Source of the DNA: Chrysomallon squamiferum
Lineage: Eukaryota > Animalia > Mollusca
Reading direction: 5' to 3'
NCBI GenBank assembly: GCA_012295275.1
Contig: CM022676.1
Coordinates: 14,570,001-14,634,000 of the forward strand
DNA length: 64,000 nt
In this document: in pieces, positions 16,455 to 30,640 of the stretch
Layout: every line of letters starts with the position of its first letter
Numbering within the stretch: position 1 is the first letter of the stretch
Made by a program: the position numbers and the translations under genes
Notes under the pieces: generated by a model
The model's input: only the letters and a program-made list of their open reading frames with translations
Database searches by the model: none
What the model was told of the DNA's origin: nothing

Positions 16455-17629
16455 CGTTTCATCCCGACTCAGCAGGACTGCTTGTGTCTGGACTGGAGAT
16501 GGTTGTCTGGATCCAGATGACCAAGCCTAACAGGCCGCACACTTTGCATGTTCTCTGAGGGCTTCCTGTGTTGGCGGAATTAAGACGTACGGCCTCTGTT
16601 TGCAGGTAAAGAGGTCTGGTCTTGCTACACTACAGCCTCCCTCTCGTACTTGGCACCATAGGATTTCATATTGGAATAATGTTTTCTTTAGCATAATTAG
16701 CAAATGTCTTTGCAATGTATGAAGGTAGGGCTTTGATAAGTTCTAAACTGTCAGTGATGACTCCATCTCCGCTGTGTTCTTTAACTTGATGTTCACTTGC
16801 GCTTCAAGCTTGCTCTTGTTTCGCAAAGAAAACATACTTGTGTGTGAGCTTCTTGGACCTTTCGTGGGATCTAAATTCTACAGCCCTCATCACTAACACC
16901 TGTAAGGATTCATCTTTTTCCAGCTCTGTGTGTCTTTGTGTTCATAAATCGAAGTCTGCAACACTTTTTAATACCACCATGTACATGTACAATAGATACC
17001 TTCCTGTTTGGGAAACCACTAGGTTCATGCTTCTGTCCTACACCTAGTTTGATCATTCATCCAGTGTCACAGACCCAGTGCAATCCAGATAATTAAAATC
17101 ACGTTACCTTTGGCTCGGCTGGACCTTGGTGACACGTCTTAGCATTTCAAGTACGGCTGCCTGGCTGTTATGGGTTTATTAGGCAACATGTTGAACACTG
17201 GAAAGTTGTTGCAGTGTGATGCCAGCATACAGCTTCTACTTAGCTGACAATGAACCCATGATCTGTTTGACCTTTAAGAATTTCTTATTTGGCGATCGAC
17301 TGGAAATATTATTTATATAACTGGTAAGTGGCCTGATTCAGTTAGAAAGATCTGCTTTATTCAACTTCATTTACTTGGAACATTTGGTGGTAGTTGTACT
17401 TAATAATACAGACAGAGACGTTTATGCAACTAAAATGTTTCTAAGGAGAAAATCAACTTTGGTAGGCGCACTTGGCATCCATCTTGAAAAATAGCTGCCA
17501 TCTTGGATTTTCAAATGGCCAATGAGACAGATTTGATAAGAAACCCCAGAAGAACAAATGGGTTAAATATGATGTTTGTATCATCTGTTGCACCATTCGT
17601 CTCAAAATGTGCTGTTGTCAGTCCCACTG
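16455..17629 (-). mobile_element. Internally deleted Academ-type DNA transposon relic
   Basis: Minus-strand peptide fragments VITDSLELIKALPSYIAKTFANYAKENIIP and LFTCKQRPYVLIPPTQEALREHAK...W......P...G resemble the XPG/PIN-like region and the LPPT..AL..H..RA motif recalled for Academ proteins. TIR-like end at 17460-17629 (gccatcttggattttcaaatggcc...tcccact). The family assignment is from recalled motifs. Confidence 0.6.
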
Positions 17630-18128
17630 TTTGCATAAAATAAACGCACATATGTGAAAATTATGATTCCATTGAAATATGTCTTAAGAATGGTAAAGTG
17701 TAGATGTGTGCGTGTGTGTTTGTTTGTATTTATATTCATTATCCAGGATTAAATAAAATTTCGACGAAAAACATTTCCATCAACAAGAAACAACAAAGAA
17801 GAACAACAAAAAATGAATAAATAAATGAATAACAGAATGAATGAATGAATGAATGAATGAATGAATAAATAAGTGGAATACAGACTATAATAATAATAAA
17901 CAAGAAGATGAAAAAGAAGAAGAGAAGAACAAGAAGAACAATAACAAAATATCAATACTGATGATGAATCCAGTCAGACAGGTAAACTCAGTGTTTTAGA
18001 GTTTGTTGAAGGATAATTTTATGCTACTCTTCATTTCGCCAACATGATTAGGGTGTTAGCGAGCAATAATTTCAAGAGATTGTGACTTGAAATTTTAAAA
18101 CTTATTTATACCTTTCTCTTCTCTTTTT

Positions 18129-18187
<59 letters not shown>

Positions 18188-18261
18188 CATAATAATAACA
18201 ATAGTAATAATACTAATACTACTACTAATAATAATACTAATAATAATAACAATAGTAATAA

Positions 18262-18293
<32 letters not shown>

Positions 18294-18337
18294 ATAATAA
18301 TAATAATAATAATAAAACCACGCGCACAAGTAACAGT

Positions 18338-19461
18338 ATGGCTGAAGAAAGTGAAACATGAGACAAATATGCCATAACAGACGTAGAAATAGTGAAAATG
18401 TTATCTGGGTTGACAGATGACAATTTCGATGGTTTTATAGATTATCCTGAAAAAACTGAATAGAATGAAAATTGGACACGCAACAAGAACCGGAGGTTTG
18501 AAACATCGATGAAGAAAGAAACGTAAAAGAAGATGAGATTGAAGAAAGCAGTAATTGAACCAGTCGGAAATAGAGAATTTAATCACAGTTTATCAGATGA
18601 GCACACAACTCTGACGAAACAGAACTCTGCAGAGTCTGAAAGAAACAAATCAGCGAACAGATATCTAGAAGAAGCATTGAACTTGTAAACAGGTAAGGAA
18701 GATGAAACAAAATTCAGTATCTGCAGAATTTGAAACAAATGAAACAATAGATGATTGCGATGAGCCGAGATCAGAAACATACACACAAGTTGAGAACGTG
18801 AAACAGAGTTCAGTGTGTGGACAGTGTGAAATATCTGATGACTGTTCCAGTGATAGCTCAGACAGAGTTCAGTGTGTGGACAGTGTGAAATGGACAGTGT
18901 GTGATATCTGAAACAGAGTTCAGTGTGTGGACAGTGTGAAATATCAAACATGACTGTTCAGTGTAGCTGGACAGAGTTCAGTGTGTGGACAGTGAAATAT
19001 CTGATGACTGTTCCAGTGATAGCTCAGACAGAGTTCAGTGTGTGGACAGTGTGAAATATCTGATGACTGTTCCAGTGATAGCTCAGACAGAGTTCAGTGT
19101 GTGGACAGTGTGAAATATCTGATGACTGTTCCAGTGATAGCTCAGACAGAGTTCAGTGAGTGGACAGTGTGAAATATCTGATGACTGTTCCAGTGACAGC
19201 TCAGACAGAGTTCAGTGTGTGGACAGTGTGAAATATCCGATGACTGTTCCAGTGACAGCTCAGACAGAGTTCAGCGTGTGGACAGTGTGAAATATCTGAT
19301 GACTGTTCCAGTGATAGCTCAGACAGAGAGGACACTAAACTGAAAACAAATATATCAGAGTCAGACGATGTACAGGACAATTCAGAAATCACTTTTAGTT
19401 CAAAATTACTTGTGACAAATAGCTGTTCTCTTACCAGTATCTCGTGTGCACAAGATAACTG
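18338..19461 (+). pseudogene. Decayed exon of an acidic low-complexity protein, hosting the 59-bp array
   Basis: cag|tATG GCT GAA GAA..., with Glu/Asp/Ser-rich codons, several stops and frameshifts. Collapsing the array to one unit gives a continuous frame: ENVKQSSVCGQCEISDDCSSDSSDREDTKLKTNISESDDVQDNSEITF. Confidence 0.45.
18803..19328 (+). repeat. 59-bp minisatellite (~9 units)
   Basis: Unit acagagttcagtgtgtggacagtgtgaaatatctgatgactgttccagtgatagctcag. Successive 60-nt lines shift by 1 nt, giving a period of 59. Confidence 0.95.
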
Positions 19462-19799
19462 TACTTTTTAAGTTGTTTTTTCGTGTGTTATTTGTTCACA
19501 CTCTGTCAATATTTGAATCAAACTGATTTTTAGAACTAAGTTTGCGTGCTGACATCACATACATGAATATATATATGAGAATCGTTACAGTTGTCTTCAG
19601 TTTAAAGTATTTGGTTAAAAGACTGGCTGGGATTCCCCCTAGAAACTTCTAAGCTGTTAAAAGCGTGTATTTGTGTTAGTTACTTTTTAAATCACCTATT
19701 AATTCCACTGAATAAATGCATTGCTTTTTCGAAGTTAAAATTATGATTCAGGTTCTGTCTGACTCTAGTATATAATTTCATTTTGTATGCCTATTATTA

Positions 19800-19861
<62 letters not shown>

Positions 19862-20070
19862 TAACATGCAATTACAAATTCACAGATCTCAGGATGATCT
19901 CAGACGTAGATGATGAATCAGGACACGTGACTCTTTGTTTACGTATTACCATGTGACCATTCTGTAGGAAGCTTTACTTTGCAACATTAAAAAACTGAGA
20001 CAACAAAACACACTGCTTTTTTGATGCGAATAGCATCTGTGATCTTCTGCTTATAGTGATCATAAAATAT

Positions 20071-20101
<31 letters not shown>

Positions 20102-21053
20102 TTTGTTGTTTTGTTGTTGTTGTTTTTTTCTTTGGGGGTGGTGTTTTTTTTGTGTTATTTTCTTTCTGTTTTTTTTTTCTTCTTTTTCTTTCTGTAGAAA
20201 GTTATTTTTCCAACAGTCTAAAGTAACTGATTCATCATCTTGTGCAGTGTTTTGGGAATTCATGACTAATTCATGGTGATTAAGTTTTAATGTCAAATAT
20301 TGTTATCTTGTCAACTGTTAATTGTGTGTATGTATGTACACACATACACACACACACACACACACATACACGTATACAGTTGGCTCATTCCTCGATTTTT
20401 ATAATTATCATATTTCTGAGTGTATGCAGTGTATTCTTTTGTATCTGCTTGTCATGCTATTATTTCTACTTTTTTTTCAAAATAAATTTGATCTGATGTT
20501 GCCTGAAAACTATTTGTGCTAGAGATTCATATTGGAAATAAAAACAGCTGTAAGAGTAGTGCTGGTGGTATTTGTAGTAATAACTGTTTTAATAACATAA
20601 ATAAACTATACACGTTTGTTCTCTCAGTACTCGAAACTTTATTACGAGTAAATCGGCCATTTCAGTAACATGCAATGTGACAAATAATTAACGTGGCTGT
20701 ATTTGTTGATAACAAAGCATTTGTAACACGCATATATCAAACGGTGATATGTGTGTGCGTGTCTGCGTATGTACGCGTGCGTGTTTGTGTCACAAAGAAT
20801 TAATATGGCTGTATTGGTATCTAACAAACCGTTCTGTAACAGTGATATATGTGTGTTCGTGTCTGCGTGTGTGCGCATGCCTGTTTGTCTACACCCACAC
20901 ACATCCAAACACACCCACACCCACACACTCTCCTGTCGCCTTGTCGGATACACAATACACATATAACTTAATAGTAATCACAGCAGTAGCCAATACTACT
21001 AACTAACTATTTCACCTCGTGTGATAATGTGTGATTCTCTTTCGATATTTCCA

Positions 21054-21085
<32 letters not shown>

Positions 21086-21846
21086 CAACAAAAACAACAA
21101 CAACAACAATAATCATAATAATAATAATAATAGATGTGTGTTCGTGCGTTCGTGTTTGTTGTTCAAAATATACTACTAAAATAAAACTTATATGATTTTC
21201 TTTTTAAATATTTACTAACTTTTTTGTTATTTATTATTTGTTTGTGTTGTTTATTTGTTTTTATTTGTTTTATTTAGTTATTTCTCTCTTTGTTCATTTG
21301 TTTATTTCTCTCTCTCTCTCTCTCTCTTTCAAGTTGACTTTGTAGTAAAGTAGTCTTTATCTCTATTTTATAAATTTAGACAACTAAGCGAACTTTAGAC
21401 TTGATAAAGCAGATTAGTAGGTCATGTTATCACTAACTCGTGTGTCAATAACAAGTTCAACAGAGATAACAAAAGTTTCAAACCGCTCGTAGAAAATTAC
21501 AAATGTAAAATATAACTACATTTTCAATATTAAAGAATGAAAAGTTTGATCATAAAGAAATTATTGTTATTATTATTATTATTATTACCACAACTACAAC
21601 TACTACTACTACAACTACTACAACTACGACTACTACACCTAGATCTATTAAATTAATTGTGTTTGAAATATTTTAAAGTATATTAATCGATTAAACAAAA
21701 ATTGTTTCCTTCTCTGTATCGAGTATTATCTTCAATACCAGCAATGATTAAAGAAGATTTATTTTAATAATAACAATAATAATAACAACAACAACAACAA
21801 TAATAATAATAACATGAACAACAACAACAATAATAATAATAAGAGC

Positions 21847-21938
<92 letters not shown>

Positions 21939-23384
21939 TAAGAGAAGGCCATGTCCGTATGTCTGGGTGGGTGTGTGCCTCAGTGTATGTGTGTGTGTTT
22001 CTGTCTTTTCATGTATGTATATATCTGTATGTACGTGTGTGTAAGTCTCTATATCTATGTGTGTGTATGTGCGTATGTTTGTGTTTCTTTGGGCACATGC
22101 CTGTACGTGTGTGTCTGTGATTTCCAATTGTCGTTAATTCTTAGTTTCTCAAAAATGTCAGTTTCAGAATATATGTATGATGATGATAATGACGATGATC
22201 ATGATCGTCATCATCATAATAATATATAAATAAATATACAAAATCATTTGAGATGAAATCTGTTGAAAAAACTTTTACACAATTCCAACACAATCATGTG
22301 TTCTAATTAATTAATTAATTTAATTTATGTATTTATTTATCTTTTCTAAGTGTTAGTTTCTGTTTGTGTGTGTATTTCAGTGTGTGTGTGTGTAGAAATT
22401 TGGCTTTGTACTCAGTTTATCTGGAGGTAATACACTTTAGTAAACTTTAGACTTCACAAAACAGATTAGTAGCTCATATTATCACTAACACGTGTGTTAG
22501 TTATAGCCTAGTTATAAACGAGTTGAACATACATAAATAAGTATAAACAGATTAAACAAATGATATTGTCACTGTTAAAGAATAAAATGTCATAAAGAAA
22601 TTTGAAATTAAAAGACAGTAGTAGTAGCAGTAACAATAATAGCTGCTGTTATACTTATAGTAGCTATGATAGTAATAGCACTATTAATAGCATCCGTAGT
22701 AGTTGTAGTAGTAATTCTGTAACAATATGAGTAGTATTAACAACTATAGCATTAGTAACAGTAGTAACACTAATATTAGTGGTAGCAATACTAGTAGACG
22801 GGGTAATAGGAACAATAGTATCAGTGGTTGTACTGGTAGAAGCAAGAGTTGTATTATCCAATGTAGTAACAGTAGTTAAACTAGTTGTACTAATAATAGT
22901 ATTGATATTAGTAGTCAAGCCGTAGCAGTTGTATTAACATCAGTATTAGTAGTATTAGTAGTAATAGTAATTGTAGTAGTAGTAGTAGTTGTAATATTAG
23001 AGGTTACAGTAGTTCTGATAAGTAAATATAAAAATACCACACCCCACCCGTTATTTAAACAAAACCGGACCTGGCTGTTTTATTTCATGTTAAAGAGAAA
23101 AGATATCTGTGTTTTGTTGATAAGTTCTCGTTTCAGCTGACGTATGTAATTATCAGTTTACTAAATAAAGACATGTTTTCAAGCTGGCATATCTCACCTG
23201 ACTGTTATCTCCATCACGAGATGGTCAAAGTTCTCTTCAAGCGGGTATATTAGATCAGGTATTTGTGTGTTTGTCTCATACAACTGAAACCTGGTTTCCA
23301 CAGCAACACAACCTGATTGTTATCTCCTTCTTAGAAAATATACAACCTGGTAAGAATTCCATTTCTTTTTATTTAAGTTGTATT

Positions 23385-23544
<160 letters not shown>

Positions 23545-24598
23545 TCTCTCCAGTTTTCTTATTATTATTTATTCATTTTATTTTTGATATTTTATTATTA
23601 TAATTATCAACATCATAGTGGTGGAATACTTTCCAGTTTTAGTTATTATTTATTAATTTTATTTATTGATATTTTATTATTATAATTATCATAGCTGCTC
23701 ATATTGCAGGTGTTGTTATTATTAGTAATATTATTATGATTTGCTGTTGTTTGTTTTGAATTTCTTGTTTTTGTGTTGTTGTTTTTTTGTTAATGTTATA
23801 ATTTTTAGTTTACTAAGTTTTACCTCGTGAGAAAAAAGATCAGCGTCACGTGCATCGAACATTAAGTTCATTGCTTTAGGTGCTGATAGAAATGTATATG
23901 AATGTTGAATTTTCTAAAGTGTAAACGAACACTGTACAATTTTGATTAGTCTTTTTGAATATCCGATTTTATTTGGTGAATACGAATACGAATGTACACA
24001 TACATACATACATACATGACACACTGACCATGACTATGTAATTATTTCCAATATGTTGTTTCGATACAACAGACAAATAAGATCACTTAGCTAGAAGTGG
24101 GTAGGACACTGATCATTATGATGTTAGGTTTTCTAAATAGACATGAAATAAATATAATGTAGACCCGGACTTGAAAAAAATGTGTTCTGAGACAAATAAC
24201 TTTTATTTATAATGATGTGTATTCAACTAGCGAATAAAAACGTAATAATAATATTAACTCTTATAATTGGGTTATTTCCTAATTTCGTGTTTGTTTGTTT
24301 GTTTTGTAGTAATCTGGTTGTTATTGTGTTTGTCTTTATTGAAATTGTATATCTTCTAAGATTTTAAATAATATTTTTTGGCGCATTCACTGTATTGACA
24401 ATGAATTTGTCAGATCATTGTAAGTAACACCCAGCGATAGGTTTGTTCTCCTGTGACACACTGTTTTTATCTGACCTACATAAGAAACAAGAAATCACGA
24501 GTTAGCTGTATCTTGATAGACTGGTCACGTGAGTATCGTCAGAGAAATAGAACATGCACACGATACGATTAGTATGTTCTTCTTGTTGTTGTTATTAA

Positions 24599-24697
<99 letters not shown>

Positions 24698-25239
24698 TAT
24701 ATATACGTATGTGTGTGTGTCTCTAATATATAAATAAATAGATTTGTGGCAGTAGTAATAATAATGATATTTGTGCTTCTTGTAATGGTAAATAGTTTAA
24801 TAGTAGAAGTTTCAATAGTAGAAGTGGCAGCAGCAGTAATTGTAGTAGCAGCATAGGAATATCAGCCGTTGTTGTGAGAGTATTATTAGTAGTAGTGTTA
24901 AACTAAATTCATTATTGTTGTTGTTGTTGTCATCATCAGTATTATTATAATCGTCATCATTCTAATATAATCCATATGAACTATCTATAGCTAATTCCAT
25001 ATTTTTATCCATCTTATTACTTTATTTAATTTATTTATGTATTCATTTAATTTCTATTTTATTGTATTTTATTATTTTTTATTTATTTATTGACATTATT
25101 TATTGACATCTAATCTCATTGATCAATAGTAGAATAGTTAAACAGAAAGTACTCGCTTGTAACTAATTATTGATCATAGTTGGCACCGATATCGTTCTAA
25201 ACTCATAGTTACATTATTATTTTTATTATTTTCTTTTGA

Positions 25240-25272
<33 letters not shown>

Positions 25273-26055
25273 GTTGTTGTTGTTGTTGTTGTCGTTGTCG
25301 TTGTTTTTTGTTATTATATACCTTATATAAAATAAATGTAAACAATGTTATATAATAGGACTACCTAAAATTAATATTTCTACTTTGAGAAAAATGTGTT
25401 TAAGATGAGTGTACATGTCTCGTAGCATGATTTGTTTATTTTAATCTCACATTCAAACCTAAGAAGTGACACTTGATGACGTGTAAGATATTTGACGTCA
25501 GTCACGTGTTTATCAGTGCAGGAGTCTGATAACCAAAAGTAAACAAAGCAGAACTGAAACAAGTCGGCCATATTGAAAGCGAATGATATATTATATTATA
25601 TTATCTTTTAACGATTCGAGGCATCTTAGTTTGATTATTTTTAGATATATCAGAGTTAGTTCTCTAACAAATAGGTCATTATAGTGTGAGGTGTTCTTTT
25701 ATATTGACATGGAAAACGTTACGTAGAGCCTGACTTGAAAATGTGTTGTCAGATAGCGAAATTGTATTTACAATTCTGGTGTATGAATCTTACGTATGAA
25801 GAATTTAATAATAGTATTATCTAATGTTATCTGTATTATTTTTCTATTTCCTTTCTATTTGGTTTATTGGAACTAATTCGGTTGTTGTTCTTGTGTTTGT
25901 ATATAGTGTCCTTATTGAAATTATTTATCTTCTCACAATATAGACAAAGGCACAATGTATTAACAGTGAATTTGTCACATCGTTCTAAATGCCACAAGAG
26001 CATAAACATTTTAAACTTATCTTCAGTATATTATTACTATTATTATTATTATTAC

Positions 26056-26091
<36 letters not shown>

Positions 26092-26181
26092 TACTACTAC
26101 TACTACCTACCCCATTACAGCCCTTATTTAAAAATTATTATTTATTGGCGGCATTTTATATGTTAGCTATTTTATTTTTAG

Positions 26182-26262
26182 ATCGGATATACCTGCGCTC
26201 CATAGTTGAGGTTAAACAGAAAGTAGTCGCGTATCCGAAATTATCGATCAGAAAGTTTTGAG
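26182..26262 (+). other. Putative 5' UTR exon of BTB copy 2 (homolog 55824-55744 on - for copy 3)
   Basis: tttttag|atc...ttgag|gtaggt, 81 nt, conserved in both copies. A downstream acceptor gtttgtag| lies 7 nt before the ATG. Confidence 0.5.
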
Positions 26263-26775
26263 GTAGGTAGCCATATTGAAATGACAGTGAATTTTATATT
26301 GTTTCTACTTTAGAAACGTTGCATCGTCATCCTTTATTTTTCTTATTTTCTCACCTTTTTCTCACATTATTTTTCTATTTAGATGTTGACGGATAATTTC
26401 GTTGTCTTTCGAGGAGTAAAATGGTATAAATAACCATAAGGACATTGCAATTTGAAACCCGTTTTGTCCCACACTGAAATGGTATTTACCTGAATGTGAC
26501 CAAACACGTCTGTTTATAATAATAATGATAATAATAATGAATGTTGTTGTCGTCGTCACCATCATAATAATCGCTTGTATAAGCATAAACTATTTATTTT
26601 TATCTTTTATCGATTTGCTATATATTTATCTATCCTTTTTTTTTTTCTTTTTCTTTAATCTTATTATTTGTTTGCTCTAAGCATTGTTACAGTTCTGTCT
26701 GTAGAATTTCTTTTTCCCTTTCTATTATTATTATTATTATTATCATTATTATTATCGTTTGTTTGTAGTGAAAAC

Positions 26776-28323
26776 ATGGCCACATCAGCTGAAATCACAA
26801 GTTGGCAGACAGGGAAGAAATTAACTCAATGCATTGAACACGTTTTTCATACGAAAGCTGACAGTGATATCAGATTTCTAGTGGGAGAAAATAAAACGAC
26901 AATTGATGCGCATCGATTCATACTCATGATTCGAAGCGAAGTTTTCCATCAAGTGTTAAGTGGAGAACTTCGCGAACAAAGCAATATAGTTGTACCGGAT
27001 GTGAAGGCAGAAATCTTCTCAGAGTTTCTAAAGTATGTTAAAAAAAAACACACACACACACACACACACACAAAACACACAGACATGGAAACACACGTAC
27101 AGACACAGACACACACGTACGAACATCCAGTGAGGAAGAGAGATATACAGACAGACAGAAACGTTGATAACAATACAGTTTTTGTTAGTAATCTAATTAT
27201 TTTCTAATTAATTGATCTGACTTTAGTTATCTCACATTTTAAAGTCTTACTCTACTTCTTTTACACAGATATCTTTATACGGATGACGTCGTCCTAACAG
27301 GCGACAACGTCACCGGTCTGCTGTATCTATCGAGGAAGTACATCATCACAACACTTGAAGATGAATGCACACATTATTTGGAGTCGTCGTTGTCGTCACG
27401 GAATGCGTGCGTCGTGCTGGAACAAGCTCACCTGTTTGATGAACATGATCTAAGGAGAAAAAGTCTGGACTACATTTTGAAAAATGGCGACGAAGTTTTG
27501 AAGTCAGATGAAGTCACCGATCTTTGTCACGAATGTCTGGTTGAGATCGTACGATCAGACGAACTGACAGCAGACGAGAAAAATGTTTTTGAAGCCGCTG
27601 TGAAGTGGGCTGACAGCGCGTGCAGGAAGCAAGGGAAGACGACGAGTGAAAAAAACATGCGCGAAGCACTGGGAGAGGTCGTGAAGCACGTGCGTTATCC
27701 ATTACTCGATCAGAGGTATTTTGTAAAACACGTGACACCCACTCACATACTCACTGCGATAGAAGAGTACAGAATTTTGAAACACTTGGTGAGCAGTGAT
27801 GAAGATGTTTCACCTTTTAACTCAAACAAGAGAACTGCAGAGATTCCTAAAACACAGATTACAATAAACAGGTTTGGTACGTATGGTAATTTCTGGTGGT
27901 CATGTTCTGGTGAAGAAGACGACGCCATTACTTTCTCTGTAAACAAAAACGCTTTACTTCGCGGATTTCAGTTGTACGGTGACGATGTACCACAAAACTA
28001 CGACGTCAGCGCCTTCGTCACTGACACAAGAACAGACGAAATACTGGACGGGTCTACACTGACACAGAGATATGAACACGTCGTGTTACGTGTATGACGT
28101 CGTGTTCAGACGTCCAGTGAAGATTACTAAAGACACTGGGTACAGCTTGTTTGTTAATGTTAAGGGAGATGACTCATTGTGTGGAGATGAAGGTAAATCA
28201 GAAATTGTTGTAGACTCTTTTGTTTGTAGATTTTCTGACTCACAGAAATCTAAACACAGTGACAGACAACTTCGTACAGATGTGAAAACAGGACAAATAC
28301 CTGCTTTGTTATTTTTAGTGTAA
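26776..28323 (+). CDS. BTB/POZ-BACK-PHR domain protein, copy 2; one +1 frameshift near 28085 (pseudogene or consensus error)
   Basis: ATG at 26776. Exon 1 is 26776-27032 (aa|gtatgt) and exon 2 is 27269-28323 (acag|a), the same phase-2 intron as copy 1. ORFs 27378-28097 and 28072-28323 overlap in different frames. The 7 nt cgtgtta replace the 6 nt gtctgg/gtctga seen in the other copies. Confidence 0.85.
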
Positions 28324-29334
28324 AAAACAACATCGTTCAAACACTGTCACTTTTAGTCATCACTGGACTCATATTTTTATTTGTTGATTTACTTATTTGT
28401 GTTTACATTTGTATTTCTGATGACGTCAGGCAGCAGTGATGACGTCATACACACTTTATTTGAAACTTTCTAATCGACTGGCTTTTGTCAAACAGACACG
28501 TGTATAATGTACATAAACAGCTCATTGCTTTATTTATTTATTTATTTATTTAATATAGATTGTTTGATTATTTAATGTATGTTTTAAACTGTCATATAAT
28601 AGAGGAAATATGTTACCTAAATATGTTAATTCTATATTCGAAAATAGTATTATATTTATATATATATAATTTGTTTTTCTTTGTTCATGGATGTCTTATT
28701 ATTGAATATGCGTAAATATGTAGTATTTATTAGAGACCTAGTGGCATTTTATTTTAGTTTAAATATCTATGTAAATTTTATATCGTTCAGTATTCACTAC
28801 ACAGGAGTCAAAAAAACTTAATTATTTTTGTAATTAATTTTTTTCCGTCTTCCATCTCTAAATTAATTCCCATGAAATACAAAGTATCTATAAATGCCTA
28901 AATAAGATTAGTCTATTAAGAAATATTATAAATTATGTGTTTAGATTTTGTCAGAAATCAAATAAAATGCTTTTTTTTTTTTTTTTTTTTTAAACTAATA
29001 TGAAGATAAATTATGTGTTTACTGTTTGTTAGACATGAACTTTAGAACTGCAATTTGATTCATTTACCTGTGATCTTTTATTTAGATTTATGTAAAATAG
29101 ATATGCTAGTAAATTATATTATATACAATATTCATTAGACATAACATTAGAAGTTGTCAGTTTGTTTATACATAAAATTATGATTTGTACTTAATTTGTT
29201 AATTTGTAAAAAATGTAAACACGAAATATAGAGGTATAGAAATAAATGTTTTAATTATATTTGTTTGGTTCATGTCATCTTTTTCTCTTCTGTGAAGAAA
29301 TTATATATGATGTAAGAGAAATTCAAGTGAAAAG

Positions 29335-29371
<37 letters not shown>

Positions 29372-29444
29372 ACTGGTTGGATTCGGAGATAAGCAAACTC
29401 AGACATTAAATAGATTTTACAACACTATACATCAAGCCTCTGAA

Positions 29445-29538
<94 letters not shown>

Positions 29539-29586
29539 AGTTCTTTTGTTGTTATTATTATTATTATTATTATTTTTATTTTCATT

Positions 29587-29619
<33 letters not shown>

Positions 29620-29699
29620 TTTGTTTATATATATATTTATTCATTTATTTCTCTTTTCCGTATATTTTGCTCCATATATTACAAAGTTAGGTATGTTGT

Positions 29700-30640
29700 G
29701 CTGAACTCATGTTCTTATTAAACATTGACAGGTCAGTGGTTCAATTCCTGTCAGTGTAATAAAGTTATTACACAAAGATGTGTTCTATGTAACAAGTGAA
29801 CTAATGTTCTTATTACACACTGACAGGTCAGTGGTTCAATCCCTGTCAGTTTCACTAATATTACTACACAAGGATGTGTTGTATATAGAAGTGAACTAAT
29901 GTTCTTATTACACACTGACAGGTCGGTGGTTCAATCCCTGTCAGTGTAATAAAGTTACTACACAAGGATCAGTGTACACAAGGATGTTGTATGTAACAAG
30001 TGGGAAGGTCAGTGGTTCAATCAGTTATAAATTACTTACACTGTCAGTGTAATAAAGTTACTACACAAGGATGTTTTGTATGTAACAAGGGAACTAATGT
30101 TATATTACACACTGACAGGTCTGTGGTTCAATTCCTGTCAGTCTACTAAAGTTACTATAGAAGCATGTGTACTATGTAACAAGTAAATTAATGTTCTTAA
30201 TACACACTGACAGGTCGGTGGTTCAATTCCCTTGAGTGTAAAGTACACAAGGATGTTGTTGTATGTAACAAGTGAACTAATGTTCTTATTACAAACTGAC
30301 AGGTAGTGGTTCAACAAAAGGAATGTAAAAGTGAACTAATGTTCTTATTACACACTGACAGGTCGGTGGTTCAATCCCTTGAGTGTAATAAAGTTACTAC
30401 ACAAGGATGTGTTGTATGTAACAAGTGAACTAATGTTCTTATTACACACTGACAGGTCGGTGGTTCAATCCCTGTCAGTGTAATAAAGTTACTACACAAG
30501 GATGTGTTGTATGTAACCAGTGAACTAATGTTCTTATTACAAACTAACAGGTCGGTGGTTCAATCCCTGTCAGTTTCAAAAGGATGTGCTGTATGTAGAA
30601 GTGAACTAATGTTCTTATTACACACTGACAGGTCGGTGTT
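29700..30640 (+). repeat. 95-bp minisatellite (~10 units) with internal hairpin and tRNA B-box-like loop
   Basis: Unit ttcttattacacactgacaggtcggtggttcaatccctgtcagtgtaataaagttactacacaaggatgtgttgtatgtaacaagtgaactaatg. Stem acactgacagg/cctgtcagtgt. Confidence 0.92.

Noticed and set aside
26668-26775. Hydrophobic N-terminal extension (signal peptide) on BTB copies 2 and 3
   Set aside because: It derives from intronic (TTA)n upstream of a splice acceptor. The ATG at 26776/55194 corresponds approximately to the start of copy 1.
29700-30640. CRISPR-like array (palindromic repeats at regular spacing)
   Set aside because: The sequence between hairpins is itself repeated (no unique spacers), there are no cas genes, and the context is eukaryotic. 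It is a minisatellite.
29700-30640. tRNA gene array
   Set aside because: Only a B-box/T-arm-like piece is present. No A-box/D-arm, anticodon arm or acceptor stem can be folded.
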